A DNA stretch of 63,328 nucleotides, the filler included, from Klebsormidium nitens (taxonomy: Eukaryota; Plantae; Klebsormidiophyceae), in NCBI GenBank assembly GCA_000708835.1. It is 6 parts of 6 records of this genome, joined end to end, with 100 filler letters (N's around TTAATTAATTAA, not from the genome) between each part and the next. Parts side by side here need not be neighbours in the genome. Positions count along the whole stretch, not along the records: positions 1 to 19,224 come from DF237856.1; positions 19,325 to 32,046 come from DF237545.1; 4 more parts are not named here. One strand, given 5' to 3'. The notes beneath the pieces were generated by a model. It worked only from the letters and a program-made list of their open reading frames with translations. It had not been told where the DNA came from and did no database searches. Of this stretch, positions 10,591 to 23,103 are shown piece after piece; position 1 is the first letter of the stretch; each line of letters opens with the position of its first letter. The position numbers and the translations under genes were made by a program.

Positions 10591-11971
10591 CTGTGGCAGA
10601 AGCGGAAGGGATGCTGCGGGTTCAGATGCGCCCTGCCCGCCTAGTCACCCTTGACATCCGCTGCCTTCGAAGTTCAAAGATCGAGAGCTCCCAACGGAAA
10701 AAACATTTACTGCTCTGCCTGTTGTGGAAACAGGCTTCCCCTGCAGCATGGAATACTCTGGAGTTGACTTGGGTCAGCAAAGTGTGGTGTCCGCATGCTT
10801 CGAGCAGGGCAGACCAAAGCTCGAAAGTATTAGGACCTGGATCCACTAGACAGCTTTGACGCTTACTTGAACATGCGGAACCTGATCCGCAGCCTGCGCT
10901 GAGGACTCTGCCATGCCGGAGGTTGCGCCTGGGGAAAACGCGGACGGGCTGGCCTCTCTCGCTCCTATTGCGCAACGCCTCTCCACCCAACATCTCGTGG
11001 CCTGATCCATGATCAGCCTCCGTTGCCCTAAGTACCTGCACAAACACAGGTAGAGCAGCATGAGTGCCGAGTTTGAACGCGTGGCCCGAGAGAGGATGGT
11101 ACGCTGTCCAAGCTGACAGGCAGGGGATTTTTCACCTTGCTTTGATGGTCCTGATCTGCGCAACTTGATGAGAGTGGGTCAAAAGCTACATTGGAAAAGG
11201 AAAGATCCAGCCCGACTTGACCTCAAGATTCGTCTAACGAGGCCGTGCTACTTTTGTAAGGCCCCTTTAAAGACATCAAACAGTATGCGCTCTAATTAAA
11301 AGAAGAGATGCTGATAAACATATCTGTCCGTAAGCAAGACCGGTTGCAATTGACTCAGATTCGGCAACTTTCAGCATACCAAAGCGACAAGGGTGTAATT
11401 TGCAAGGCTGAACGTTATTCTTACCGCCGCTGAGGGCATGGTCAATGCCTCTTGAGCGGAGTCCGAGTCCGACGACGCCTCGGGTAGCGTGACCTTGCGC
11501 CGTCGTTGGGGGGGGCGATCCTCGTCAGACTCGTCGACGATCCTAAGGGAGCTGCGTCGTTTAGTCTCGTCCTTATTTGTTGCAAGCTCGGCATCCAACT
11601 CGTCGGTACTCGCAACCAGTCGGTGCTCTCTTGACGATACCTGGGGAAGGGGATGTGAAGGCATGAGCCCCAAGAGCATGGGTACAGAAGGGTTTGCATA
11701 AAGGCTTCCAGCAAGGGGTTGGTAAAACCATGTCAAGCCTCTCGCCAGCCGCTAGCTGTGCTTCAACTCGTGACATCGTCTTTGCTGCGAAACCATCAAC
11801 CAAGTATAGGTGCACATCTGAGGCTAAGCAGTGCATGTGCTTGCCTACTGACACTAGAAGGACTGCCAACTCTAAGATTTGACCGAGCCATCTCGCTTCT
11901 GATTCTTTGACGCAACTCACAACCGACTACAACAATTCAGAGATCTTTGTCGGATGGCCGGTCCGACAAGC

Positions 11972-12135
11972 GGTCCACACCTTGCAGATGGCTTTGAGAG
12001 TCAAAACGTGGGTCTCCTAAATAACCAATGACAACATGTGGACCAGAGGAAGAAACTTGAGTGCCCGCCACTTGCTTCTTCATGGGGCGGATGGCTGGTC
12101 CGACAAGCGGTCCACGCCTTGCAAATGGCTTCGAG
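11972..12135. repeat. Hairpin array C: full unit 11972-12044 and a left-arm-only copy from 12109
   Basis: GGTCCACACCTTGCA...TGACAACATGTGGACC, same family as arrays A and B. Confidence 0.8.
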
Positions 12136-14289
12136 AGAGAAAGGGTGACGGGCCACCGGCTGCAGAGTCTGATCCTGTCCTCTAAAAGGAAGCGCCCTAA
12201 AGAAGCAACAAAAGCAGGCACTCACTAGAGATCGTTTGAAGAAGAGAAAAACCACAAACCAAAACTCTGAGATGCTCACCCTGCTGCCGCCGCTCAACGG
12301 ACTGCTGTCAAGTGAGGCACCCCCTTCGCACCTCATGTCTCCTCCAGTTGCAGGGCTCTTATCCTGTGATGTGCAGCTCTTGTCAGCAGAGAAGTCCGAC
12401 ACAGACTTCGACACATGAATGCGGCGCCCTGCTCGGAGATGGGGACCGGATTGGCTTGCCTGCCTGGGGCCGCGGGGCTTGAATCGCCCCTTCAAGAGCT
12501 GGGGGTAGTCCACGGACTCAGAATCACTCCGCATCACTGCGTTGTATCTGCCGAGCGTAACCTCAAAGTCCTGGGAATCGTTGTTTATGAATTTCGATCC
12601 TCTGAAGTCTCCTCATCTGACGACTCTTTCTCCATCCCAAATTCTGCCCAGCTCAGGTCATCGCCTTCGCCCTTGGACTCTCACCTGTGCGTTGTCTCCG
12701 CTGAGGAGGTCCATTGGCTGGTCGCCGCTGCTGATCGCCTGAAAAAGGAATGCTTGCCATGTGTGAGCGAACTAATCAGGTGAGCAACGAGGGTGGCAAG
12801 TCACTTTCTGATGGGCTGATTGCCCACTGCATCACAGACCTCGTATGGCCCAAGCAACGACGGACAAACCGTGCATGAAGAGGTAAGAATCTTTGGTGCT
12901 CTTGGGTTTGTGCTGTTGGTCCAGATTTCAGTGCGAAAAGCAGGAACCCAGATAACTGAGCCCCCTAACATGTAAGAGCAGCGCCTGCCAGTGTGAGAAG
13001 CTCGTGCTAAATCGACCTTCTTAGGACATCAGCAGCCCGTCTTGAGATGTTTTGGGACTGCGGCCATCCCATGATGGATCCAATCCGGTGGACTGCCCGA
13101 GCAGACTTCCCACTCGTCCAAGTTTCGAAAGGTACAAGAATTGTTGAACTGACCTGTGAGCCTTTGCTGGCCGTTGTTTGCTCTTGCACGGCTACTGGCT
13201 GCCTGACCTCCTCTCTCTGCCTGACCTCCTCTCTGCGCCTGAGCTCCTCTCTCAACCCGCGCTGGAAGTTGCTGAAATCGTTGACGTCAAACAGGACGTG
13301 TAGAATACTTGATGGTGATCGCATGCCCCGGTTTGCAGCGCTACCTTCATGAAATGATGCTTGAGATGGTTGTTGAACGTGGCCGTCTTGGGCAGCAGCT
13401 AAATGGGCCGATGGATGCTGCAAACAGTTTGGAAGAGTCTCAGAGGCAAAATCCCTGAGACGCGTGGTGGCCGGAGTGCTTCCAATGGAGCTTTGACAGA
13501 AAGCACGGATGGTCTGGTCAAAGGACTGCAAGCGCTAGTGACTCCAGGCCCCAGCATGGAAAGTTTGTCAAACCTCAAGCCGCCTGCAGGAATTCTGCTC
13601 ATCTTTGCCCAGTGCAGCCCCTTGTCCACTACTGGGCAAATCGAAAAACGCTCAGTTTGGTGAGATTGCTTGCCATACGCGCAAACGAGTGTGCATAAAC
13701 CGCAGTGACTGTTGGCCCAACTCTTCTGCTTGGATCAGACAACTGACCTGATTAAGCTTCTGCGCCAAGCTGGGCTCCTGATCCATTCTATTGGCTCCTT
13801 GCAACGCTGTCTCCCCGGCTGCCATTGACCCTTGCTTGCAGCCAAAGTTGTACCCAGCCACCGTTGACGCACAGGGAATCTCCAGCTGCAAGGAAGATTT
13901 TTTGTTGAGTTTCACGAAGCACCACCAGAGTGCTCTAGCAAGAGCTCCTCTATTTCTCACTGTTTGAGAGTATGTCCGCATCAATCCAGGGCTCACTTTT
14001 TGGATGACACCCCTATAGTCCAGGAGAGGAGCATGTGAATCCAATGACAGGGTCTGGCACCTACGAGATGACAACATCATCATAAAAGAGAGCACTGCCT
14101 GCCAACTTCTCGCAGAAACAAAGGCGTCGCCGGCCTGACTCCATGGCCTGGACTTTGCAGCTGGCTCTGAGAAGGAAAAGCGGTAGATCTTTGTATTCAG
14201 TCACAAGGCTTGGCCCAAGATGAGCTGAAGTGGCTTACAAAAATAACCGCACTACATGCAACTTTTGAAGCATGGTCCGCCTGACGGCT

Positions 14290-14632
14290 GGTCCACACCT
14301 TGCAAGAGGCTCAGAGGAGCAAAGAGTGAGTTTCTTGATAAGAATAGACAAGGTGTGGGCCAGCGCACTGAAACTGCCTGCCACATGCCTCTCTATTGCC
14401 CGGATGGCCGTCCTGACTTATGGTTGGCTGGTCCACACCTTGTCAATTGTTATTAGGAACTGCCTCCCTGAGCCTTTTGCAAGGTGTGGGCCAGCGCACT
14501 GAAACTGCCTGCCACATGCTTCTCTATGGCCCCGACGGCCGGCCTGACTTACGTTTGGCTGGTCCACACCTTGCATGTGGCTCTGGGAGGCAGAGAGTGG
14601 GTTTCCTATTAACAATTGACAAGGTGTGGTCC
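14290..14632. repeat. Hairpin array D: three units (14290-14361, 14430-14492, 14561-14632), period ~131-140 nt
   Basis: Same arms with near-identical inter-unit linkers. The loop of the middle unit is in reverse orientation. Confidence 0.9.
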
Positions 14633-16841
14633 ACCACCAGATGTGAGGGGCAAGTTTGCTACGGGACAGCGAACGTCGCCTTGATACTCATAGCAGGGCA
14701 ACGGGGACCTACCTGTTCAAGCTTTGTCTCTTGCCACGTGGGCTTTCATCGCACTGAGAACAGCACACAATGTGTTGAAGTGCAACCTGTAAGGCAGAGT
14801 AGGGCTGAATTGAAGCAGAGGCGCTTTGGTCAGCCAAGATTTACTCACACACCTGCAGGCTGCAGTCACGGAGTCGCAGCAGCTGACAAAGAAGACTTCC
14901 TTGGCTGACTTTCTTGTTGACTATGCTATCAGCTGAGAGTATCAAGCGTGTGAAGCTGGAGCATCAAAGAAGCACCAGCCGAGAGCTTGACCCGCTCTTC
15001 TTCCTCTGCATGCATGCGACAGACTGTACACCTTGACCTGTTATCACCTGAAGTTTTTGATGCTTCTTACCTGAAGGGAGAGAGCCAGTGAAAGCCGACA
15101 GAGCCCCAGAAACTTACCACAGCGCCTGATGCGTGCGCCCTCCTGCTTCCAAACTTGATGCTGTAATCCAAGTCCCTGGGCTGCTTCCAGAACACTGTCA
15201 AGAAATGGACCCACTTTTCCCTCCAAAATCAAAGATGAAAATATCTGGCAGCCATGCAGGCTAGCTGCCACAGGACGCCGCGAGGCGCCATGGCCTTGCC
15301 TCTGCCACCTGTCCCCAAACCACCTTGGTGCTGACTCAGAATGCACACAAGTCGAGTCAGCAGGCTGATATTTACTTGCTGACAATGGATCTGCCAGCAC
15401 ACAGGTGCAAGAAGGCTAAGAAGGAGCTGCAAGCCACCATTGCTCACAATTGCAGACTCGGTCTGTATTCTTTCAAAGCTGGGGAGCTTCAAAGCTGATT
15501 GATTGTATATTGTTCAGAAAGTTGTTGCGAGGGCTGAGAATCGCAAGAGTGAAGTCGGAATGAATGGGAACGGTCCGTAACAGCGCGGTAATGGCAAGGC
15601 CTGGGCCCCTATGACTTTGCAGGTCCCTTATGGAACATAGCCTATGCCGAAAGGCTGGGGGCCGAGGTGCCCGGTAAACCGATTGGGATGGGTTGGGTCA
15701 CGGTGGAAATGCAATGTCGCGCCAACTGGTACTGGCATGCAGGGGGCGGCGAGGGCACGACGGCATCGCTGTTCCGTAGCCTGTAGGTGTTTCCGGTATG
15801 GCCGGTTGACGTGGCGCTCTGTGATAGGCTCAAATTTCTGATATATACAAGCTAGCGGTCTGAAAATGACTTCACATTTCAACGAATGAGCACAATTAGG
15901 ACTGGCCAGCGCTTATTGTTAAGTATGATAGTGTTATTGTTATTGTCACTGTTATTGGATGTATATTGTCTCACAGTCAGCTTCCAAGCTGCATGACAGA
16001 GTGTGACAAGTGATCTCCTTGTTAAGCGTAAACTCGTGGTCGTCGGGTTGTAGTTAACAAGTTAAGCGAGCGCTAACGATTTCACAGCATTTTGTCGCAA
16101 TGGCGCGTTGTGTCTTCCCCTTGGCGGTAAAAAGTTTTAGTCATCAGAATGGCTCCTCGTGAGACATGACATCTAATTTGCGCTGTCCAAATTAGCTTCT
16201 CAGGCCGCGGATGATCCATTTAGAGGACAATTTGGATGGCTCTTCGATTTCAACCAGTCTAGATAAAGGCAGCTTGTCTTAATTTTGAAAGTACGTCAAT
16301 CTCCTGCATGGCTCAGCAAGTACGGGCCATGCGCAGACGGATTTTATAGAAACCTACGACTGTAAAATGTAGAATGATCCGGCCCGTGGTTGCATCGGCT
16401 ACTTGAAGGCCGGCCCTCAACTCGGCTGGGTCACGGTTTGCATGCACGATTTATATTCAACTCCATGAGAGGCAAGCTGCAATGCATCGGTTCAGGATCT
16501 ACTGGAGCAAGGTCATCATGGAGAACATGTGCATTATCGTGACAATATGCCCCCCCATAAATTTGAAGAGACGCAATCGCTGAGGAGCAAGGGTCATCAT
16601 GGAGAACATGTGCATTCCCGTGACTGTAGTCTACCTCGTTAAGAGAGGCATTCACTGAGGTGCATGCACCCTGTGTGAGGTGGCTCAATACAATCTACCA
16701 AAGTCAGCAAGAGAACTCACATGCAAGAGTAGACTTCAGAACTACATACGCATCTTACAAGTGATGTACCAAGCGGCAGACGAGCGAAGACCGCCTGCCT
16801 AAGCGAGCCTTCTGCTTTTTGTCGGGATCTTTGCACCCGTT

Positions 16842-18625
16842 TCACAAAAGCTCTCCGCCTTTGGGGGTGTTCTCCGGGGACCCCGCGTCATGTGGGGAGT
16901 CGCTCCATACGCTAGAGGCATACTCGAACGAGTCGTGCAGGTACACGTCCATGAGTTTCTTGTCGAAGGTGGGGGAACCCCAGGCGGCGTCCGGCACTTC
17001 AACAGACCCTCTCAGGATCCATCCTTTCGTCTCGGCGTCTTTGATCGCCATGTACGCGTGGAATCCGCACACCCGCTTCGCTGGCTGGCAGCTCCCTTCG
17101 AATCGCAACTCCTTCATATGAAGAGACGCCCATGTAGGACCGTTCTCGTCCAAGTTCGCAACATCCACCCGCATACCTCCGCCGCTCGTTCCGACCGGCT
17201 CTTGACCATTTCTGCCCCCTTGAGGTCTCTGGGGGCCGTTCTCAAGCCCGGACCCCCTGCCACCGTCTTCCTCACCACCCTCTTCAGCCCGGCTGACTTC
17301 CTTCACTTCATCTGCACTGCTCCCGCTCGTTATCTTCTTGTCATCGTCCGCCTCGCCCTCCTCCACCATCTCCTGCTCCTGCTCGCAACCCAAGCCTTCG
17401 CTTGGCCTGCCCTTCTTCCCACCTCTCCCTGACCCGCTGCTTCCGTTGTGCTTTTTCTCGTCCTTCTCGCCTCTAGACCAGAGATACTTCACTCTTGGTG
17501 AAACCCCCGGTTCCCTCAGTTCTGGGTTGAGGAGGTAGACCTGCAAGCCAAGCGCATCGGCTTCTCGAGCAGATTCCAAGAGCCAACTCGACCTGACCGG
17601 GATGCGCTAGATAACGCATACAACTCTCCTCTCAACAAGTCCAGTGTTGTTTGCAGATCTGAAATCCTTTAAGAGATGGCGCAGAAGAGTTCGCTGCCTC
17701 CATGCCAGAACAAGTCGAGAGAAACCTCCATCATCGCGAAGGTTGACAAAGCTTAGGAGAGTGTCCCTTGTGAGTAGATTTCAAGTGCTCTGAGAAAGTT
17801 TGGGTGAGTGAAGAAAATGAGCACACCAGTGTCGAAACTTGCGCAGTCTGCTGGTTTGTCTCTGCATGCTCGGCTTTGGACACTCGTCTGTGAGGAGAAA
17901 ACCTGCTTCTAGACCAGACAATGTTTTGCAGACTTCGTTTCCACAATATTCTCCATGCCCCTCCCGTGCACAAAGATTCTGACATGTAAGAATCTGCTTC
18001 TGCGTATGCAACTCACCTGATACACCGTGTCACCGATCGGAAGCAGGGTCCAGTGCCACTTGTCGAACCGTTCTTCTAACTGGTCGAGCATCAGAATGAT
18101 GTTGCGGGGGTCATGAACAGTCATATTTGCGTCCTCCTACGAGTGGAGAGAAGGGTGTCAATTTCACTTGTCATGTCCATTCAGATTTTAGAGTCCAAAC
18201 TGCCTGCAATGCAATCCAGCAAAAGCATCACAGAGTGAAAACAGCCTCATCATAAAAGCAACAAAACACTCATAAGTTTACCAAGCGAGGGATGCGATTG
18301 ACAAGCAGAACATGCTCTGAGAACAAGGTTGCGGAAGGCTGAGAACCACCAACACATTTGGCGCCCAGGTCTGCCTGTACACATGGCCTGCCTTTATCTT
18401 CTTCTCGGGAAACCACAGACCAGTGATCATGCACCGCAGGTAGCCCTTTGGACCACCTCTCTGTGTGTCGCGGTAAGCAGTGACAGCCTTGGGGCGGTAC
18501 TTCGTTGTACTGGATGCTTTTGACTCAGCTGGTCTGAACTGGTTCAGGAACGCTGCTCGCGCGATCTTGGCTATTGGTGCCAAGTGACTGATGAAACTCT
18601 CTGAAATCTTCTCTGAGCTCTTCAA
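16842..18625 (-). CDS. Spliced HNH endonuclease (HNH_2-like) protein; 5' end uncertain
   Basis: Exons ~18625-18350, 18136-18017 and 17540-16842. Motifs CMITG...KAGH, VHDPRNIILM...EERFD and LRF...QPAKRVCGFHA...KGW. Acceptors at 18137 and 17541 and the donor at 18016 are canonical and keep phase 0. Confidence 0.7.
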
Positions 18626-19224
18626 GAGAAGTCGCGAGCTGAGAGTCGATTCTGGCCGGGGCTGCTGAACAGACCGAATGCAGATTCAGCATTCATCTAA
18701 GGATGAAGACTGACCTGCTCGCTGATTTGCTGGATCTCTCCATTTGTTCGGGGCAAGACTAAAGAAGATGCAACAGGAGGGGTGCTTTAATAAAATCAAT
18801 GAGTCTACCGATCCGGGAAGCTCCAGCTCTCAGCTCCATGGCAAGCAGCAGCAATGAGATGTTCAAACGTGCACTAATCAATTGATAAATCTGCAGCCAT
18901 GCCGAGACAGACTGTTCTGACACTTGCTCTTAGATCAGCGGTTTGCGCTGAGTTTATGGAGTATGGAACCAACCAAAGCAATAAATCCTGCATGAAAACA
19001 ACCCTTGATGATCGCAAACGACCATTAGGATTGAAGAGGATCCTATATGATGTTCTGATGCAGACTCACAGCAAGCAGATTAATGAGAAAAGAACGAGCA
19101 AAACTTGACTACCAAGTTAAAAGTTGCACCGGATGCTGCTGCCAGTCAACTTCCACAGCAGACCACCCCGCTCAAGGATCAAGCAAATCATTCCAGCCTG
19201 AGAGTGACACACCGGGGAAGCAAA

Positions 19225-19324
19225 NNNNNNNNNNNNNNNNNNNNNNNNNNNNNNNNNNNNNNNNNNNNTTAATTAATTAANNNNNNNNNNNNNNNNNNNN
19301 NNNNNNNNNNNNNNNNNNNNNNNN
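19225..19324. other. Artificial contig linker N44-TTAATTAATTAA-N44 (also at 32047-32146, 36506-36605, 53291-53390, 59036-59135)
   Basis: Five identical 100-nt spacers carrying stop codons in all six frames. Confidence 0.97.
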
Positions 19325-20500
19325 CCGGCAGGCTCTGCAGCGCCTTGCACCCGCTCAGGTCCAGGTTCGTCAGCCGCGTCAGCCGCCCGACCGACTCCGG
19401 CAGGCTCGTCAGCCCAGCGCAATGGTCCAGGTAAAGGGTACGGAGGGCGGTGAAAGCGACCAGGCTGGGGAGGGCCGTAATTTCAGCTTCAGAGATCCAA
19501 AGACAGACCAAATTTCCAACCCCTTCGGTTTAGGCTTCGTCCGGCAAGAGATTACCCCTACACCTTAGTGCTATAAGAAGTCGGACGGCCCTCATGGGAG
19601 ACACTTGGAACATCCCCAGATCCGTGTCGCGCAGAGCCACCGATCGGACAAGCCGGCCCCCCCTGACTGGTTCGAGGGATTCGTCCCTGGCTGCCAGGTG
19701 TTGGTGGTCGAAGTCGCCCCTATATCCCTTGAGCAACAACCGCGAGTACCCTTCCTGCATCGGCCTACATGCGGTGGAGTCTCCGTCGTCCTTTCCCTTT
19801 GCCGCCTCCCTGAACAGGTCATGGATGATGACGTCCCGATCAATGACGGTCAGCAAGAACCTTCTGCCCAGTTCGAAGAAGATCTCCTCGGACTTTCCCT
19901 CGAAGATGGCATCCAACCAACATCCCAACGCAGCCCTATCGTGCGAAAAGGAATCCCAAAGATCGGCCAGCAGGACAAATGCCTCCCACAATTTTCTCTC
20001 CTTTTGCCTCAGGTAATCGAGACTGAAGTGCAGCACGCCTAGATTGTCCTGTAGACGACGACGAGCCTTGCCCAAAAACCTTTCCCAGTCGTGCATGTCC
20101 CTGCACGCCTCACCCGTCATGCTTCCCAACACCTTGAGAGCCAGCGGCAGCCCTCCACAGTGTTGGATCAACTCATTTCTATCGTCCTTGGGGATCTCGC
20201 CGTATGCCGCATCTTCCGGTTTCGCCGCCTCTCGAGCATAAGCATCGAATACCTCGGCGGCGGCTGGAGGGTAAAGACACTCCAGTTTGTGGCATCGGCT
20301 GCCGTCCTCAGCGACCTCCCTGGCGGTGATCAATAACCTACATCTCTCTCCCAGAACCCCCATCGTCACTGGAAGCTTTCCCTCGTCGCTCGGCCACACG
20401 TCATCCAGCACCACCAGTATTCTGTCGCTCACAAGGGCTTTCCTGATCTTTTCGTGACCCGTTGGCACGTTCTGAATATCCCCAGGATCACATCCCTCAA
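19325..20500 (-). pseudogene. NB-ARC + LRR (NLR-like) gene, disrupted and truncated by the linker
   Basis: Kinase-2 LVVLDDVW, RNBS-B LLITAR, CGGLPLAL, MHD-like IIHDL and LRRs (LxxLxLxxCxxLxxLP). One in-frame TAA at 19532-19530 separates NB-ARC from LRR. Further stops and shifts upstream; no intact P-loop found. Confidence 0.85.
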
Positions 20501-23103
20501 CCTCCTTAAATGTGTCCAGAGCGGGGCCGAGTTACTCTCCCCACATCAGCTACCCCTCTCCAAGTATGAAGGTATTACCGAGGTGCATGGACTGGTTCCA
20601 CGGCCGCCCGGCAAACCGACAATGCTGCTCAATGTTCCTATATACAGAGCAGAACAGCACTGGATCAGTCCATTCTTAAAAGTAGAGATTCATTGGTAGT
20701 ATCATGACTGACATAACCCAAAGGTTAAGGCAGAACAACCATATGCGCGCTAGTTGCAGTGCGAACAAGTTTATGCAGGGTAACTCGAGCTCTGTTACTA
20801 ACCGCATATAGCCGGCATAAGTATTTGTTGTACGCCTGCTAAGCGTATCCACTGCTGACTAGAAGCTTCAGCAGTAACTTTCAAAACATGAGGCATGTCC
20901 ACTGTGACAAAAATACGGAGATCAAGGGCGGAAGAATGAGAATAAGAGGTCACATGCAGCATGCTGAAGAGATTATGAACATGAATGCAAAGAGCTGGAA
21001 ACTAGACTCGATCTAGTACACAATCAGAATAAACTGTCAGTGCAAAAGTACAGTATGGCACTGCTGCAAACTGTCTGTGCTGCTATCTCCACTGGACAAC
21101 GGGAACAAGCTCAACTTGAATGAGTCTCGATCTGGCCCTCAGGGGCACTTGGTCATATTCTGCCACAAAGTGGCTTTGTCCCAATATCATCCTCGGCCAC
21201 TCGTACCAAGCCCCCCGCCCCAGAACATTCCGGAGAAAGGTATTTATGAATGGGGAGGCTGTTGTAACCGAGCGAGCTTGAGTGCATTGGCACCCACTCT
21301 TCCGCTGGTGCCATGCCAGGACCATATCACGAATACGTTCAAGAAATCATATACAATAGATACGATGCCCCAACTTGAAATCTACCCAATCGATCTTGGT
21401 TGGGCTGCAAGCCTCGGTGATCCTCAACTTCTTAAAAACAAAGGCAAGGGCCGCCGCAGCGGCGCCGTTCAACAGTTCAAGTAACACCATGCAATCCAGC
21501 CCGCAGGCTAGCACTAATGCCTATGACCCATGTGCTGGGCCGGAGGGGGGCTCGTCAACTCGGAAATCTCCATTCCCGCTCCAATCCCCGGAGTGGCAGC
21601 GTGATCTGGATAATCTGTGGTACCCGCCAGAATCCTAGGCGATCGGAGGGCTTGCTTTTGCGATATATCTATCAAGAAATATATTCGATATTTTGGATAT
21701 ATTCGATATGAAAGCTTGCTTTTCACGGTTTTACACTCCTGAACTATTCTATATACTGAATAAATCAAGATACCGGCCAATATCTGTATTTTGTTTACAT
21801 TATATTGAATAATATTGAATATATTCTGGGCAAAATCCTGGCATATCCGTGCTGGCACCCTGCTATTGGAAGTATTTGGTAATTTCCGATTGAATAAATC
21901 GAATAAATATACCCCAACAAAATTCAAATGAAAGTGGTGATATGTGCTCAGCTCGACGAGGCGGATGCGATGGTGCAAACAAAATTGGACTATTTACTCG
22001 GACTCTTGACGATATTTGCATTTATTAAGATGTATTGCAATGTTTTTCATCCACGGAGCTGCCACCCCGGGCTCCGATCCCCTCGACTTCACCTCTTTGT
22101 GGTCCGGTGTCTAATATATATGCTATGATTTGATTTTCAAGTATATTGATCATTGGTATCAAAATCTATGTCCTAGCTATAAGGCGGCCGCTAGCCTGAC
22201 CGGTCTGCAGCTAGGTTTTCTGGATCCTGCCATGCAGCCGGGCATGCACTGGCAGTCACCGTGTACCTCGGCGATCAGCAATGGGAGCCTGAGTATCTAC
22301 GAGACTACCGGCCTTCGTGCCGTCTTCCAGGAGGGTGGACCGTCTGGACCGTGGGCCGTGGGCTCAGCTGGCCAGAAGCTGGCCTCGGCCCTCGGGGGCC
22401 ACGGGACCCTCGGATCGGCCCGCAATTTTTGAGCCGTACAATATCTATATGCAGGCAACGATTAAACCACCACCCACCCTTTAAATACCGGCCGGGATGC
22501 GGGCCAACTTCAGAACTTGAACTTCAAGTTCTCCTCATGGGGCGCACACATTAAGCACTTGAAAATGGCTCTTTTCCAGCTTTGAGCATATCCAGAACAT
22601 GCTTTCCGACTCGGACTAGGCAGTGCCAAGCCTAGTCGCCCCAAAGAGGCTTTGCAGGAAAGGCGCCAAGCTTTTCAGCTCTCAAAACCACCAAAGATAG
22701 CTCCTATAAGCTAAGAAAAGCTTTGTAGGGCCTACAGGCTCTGTTTTTGACGGTTTCAAGAGCTGGAAAAGGGAGGGCGTCCCAACGGGGCCTGTTCTTA
22801 GCGACCAGGCTTGACACTGCCGGATTTGGTGAAGGTGTGATACAGATTCCAGGTGGAGGGGCCACCATTTTGAGTGTTCAAGAACATGCGCCCCAGAGTC
22901 GCAGTTTGAATTACACGATCTCGACGACCGTTGGCAAGTTATGCCACGTCAGCATTTTAATTTGCCCAATTATAAAGTCTGGGTGGTGGTTTAAGGGACC
23001 GGTTGAACGAAGGCTGACGCGCACTTCCACGTACCCGGAAGCGGGCCGGCACGAACCAGCCGAACCGGGAGTTTGCAAACCAGCCTGGTTCCAAACAAAC
23101 AAG

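Noticed and set aside
5791-14632. Hairpin arrays as CRISPR arrays
   Set aside because: The 'spacers' are homologous to each other, the arms alternate in orientation, the host is eukaryotic, and no cas genes are present.
15575-16436. Possible element bounded by CCGTAAC...GTCACGG
   Set aside because: Only a 7-bp imperfect inverted repeat, with no consistent TSD/terminus combination.
16504-16617. ~32-nt direct repeat; also the 21-nt repeats at ~13200-13250
   Set aside because: Ordinary local tandem duplications without further structure.
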